From: a virus
Lineage: Duplodnaviria > Heunggongvirae > Uroviricota > Caudoviricetes
Length of the DNA stretch: 6,554 nucleotides
IMG/VR virus record: IMGVR_UViG_2695420685_000018
Reading direction: 5' to 3' (one strand)
The translations under genes were made by a program, and so were the position numbers. Positions 6,331 to 6,554 of the stretch are shown piece by piece. The number at the start of each line of letters is the position of its first letter. Position 1 is the first letter of the stretch. Under the pieces are notes generated by a model. That model was not told the origin of the DNA, did not search any database, and saw only the letters and a list, made by a program, of their open reading frames with translations.

Positions 6331-6554
6331 TTATGATGATGCTGGTGCATTTATCTCCAGCACCAGACTTTCTATCTCAACGCCATACGCTGCATTTTTG
6401 GTAATATCCGTCAGCGTCAGCGCATTCAGCCCCAGTGTCAGACTGTCTTTTATGACCTGGAATGCCGGGCCAGCCACTCCATTCAGTTTCGGAGTAACCG
6501 TGGCACTGCCGGCGGTGAACACCAGCTCCAGCGTCTGCCAGTCGTTACCGTAAT
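6331..6554 (-). CDS. 3' end (about 74 codons) of an unidentified protein-coding gene running off the right window edge
   Basis: ORF track 6331..6522 (-). I checked that the same frame stays open to position 6554 (...YGNDWQTLELVFTAGSATVTPKLNGVAGPAFQVIKDSLTLGLNALTLTDITKNAAYGVEIESLVLEINAPASS*). No family recognised. It sits where lambdoid phages carry Q or Q-S morons, but the C-terminus does not resemble Q proteins I recall. Confidence 0.5.
   Translation of the reverse strand, partial: YGNDWQTLELVFTAGSATVTPKLNGVAGPAFQVIKDSLTLGLNALTLTDITKNAAYGVEIESLVLEINAPASS

Noticed and set aside
1-6554. CRISPR arrays, rRNA or tRNA genes, IS elements or integrase
   Set aside because: No spaced direct-repeat arrays, no transposase-like ORF and no terminal inverted repeats were seen. 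The window is phage late-region DNA plus one insert.

Overview
This window is the late-region end of a lambdoid enterobacterial prophage (a lambda / phage-21-type mosaic), with the phage backbone on the minus strand. Read right to left it contains: the 3' end of an unidentified ORF running off the right edge; a tR'-like intrinsic terminator; a lysis cassette (S21-like pinholin with a dual-start motif, a YdfR-like small protein, a SAR-type endolysin with the E-x8-D-x5-T triad, and lambda-like Rz with Rz1 embedded in the +1 frame); a terminator hairpin; a roughly 2.1 kb AT-rich insert carrying two convergent genes of unknown function; a lambda-type cos site whose 12-nt cohesive end reads GGGCGGCGACCT; then terminase small subunit (Nu1-like) and the N-terminal ~540 codons of terminase large subunit (gpA-like) running off the left edge. 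The most interesting element is the two-gene insert at 2556-4185, sitting in the cos-proximal moron slot where lambda carries bor. It has about 40% GC against mid-50s% in the flanks (hand counts of sample lines), its own ribosome-binding sites and promoter-like elements, and one product (206 aa) with an N-terminal PD-(D/E)xK-like nuclease motif. I cannot assign either protein to a characterised system from sequence alone, so I flag it as a candidate undescribed lysogen-expressed defence or exclusion module. All homology statements are from memory of lambda, phage 21 and E. coli K-12 prophage proteins; no searches were run.
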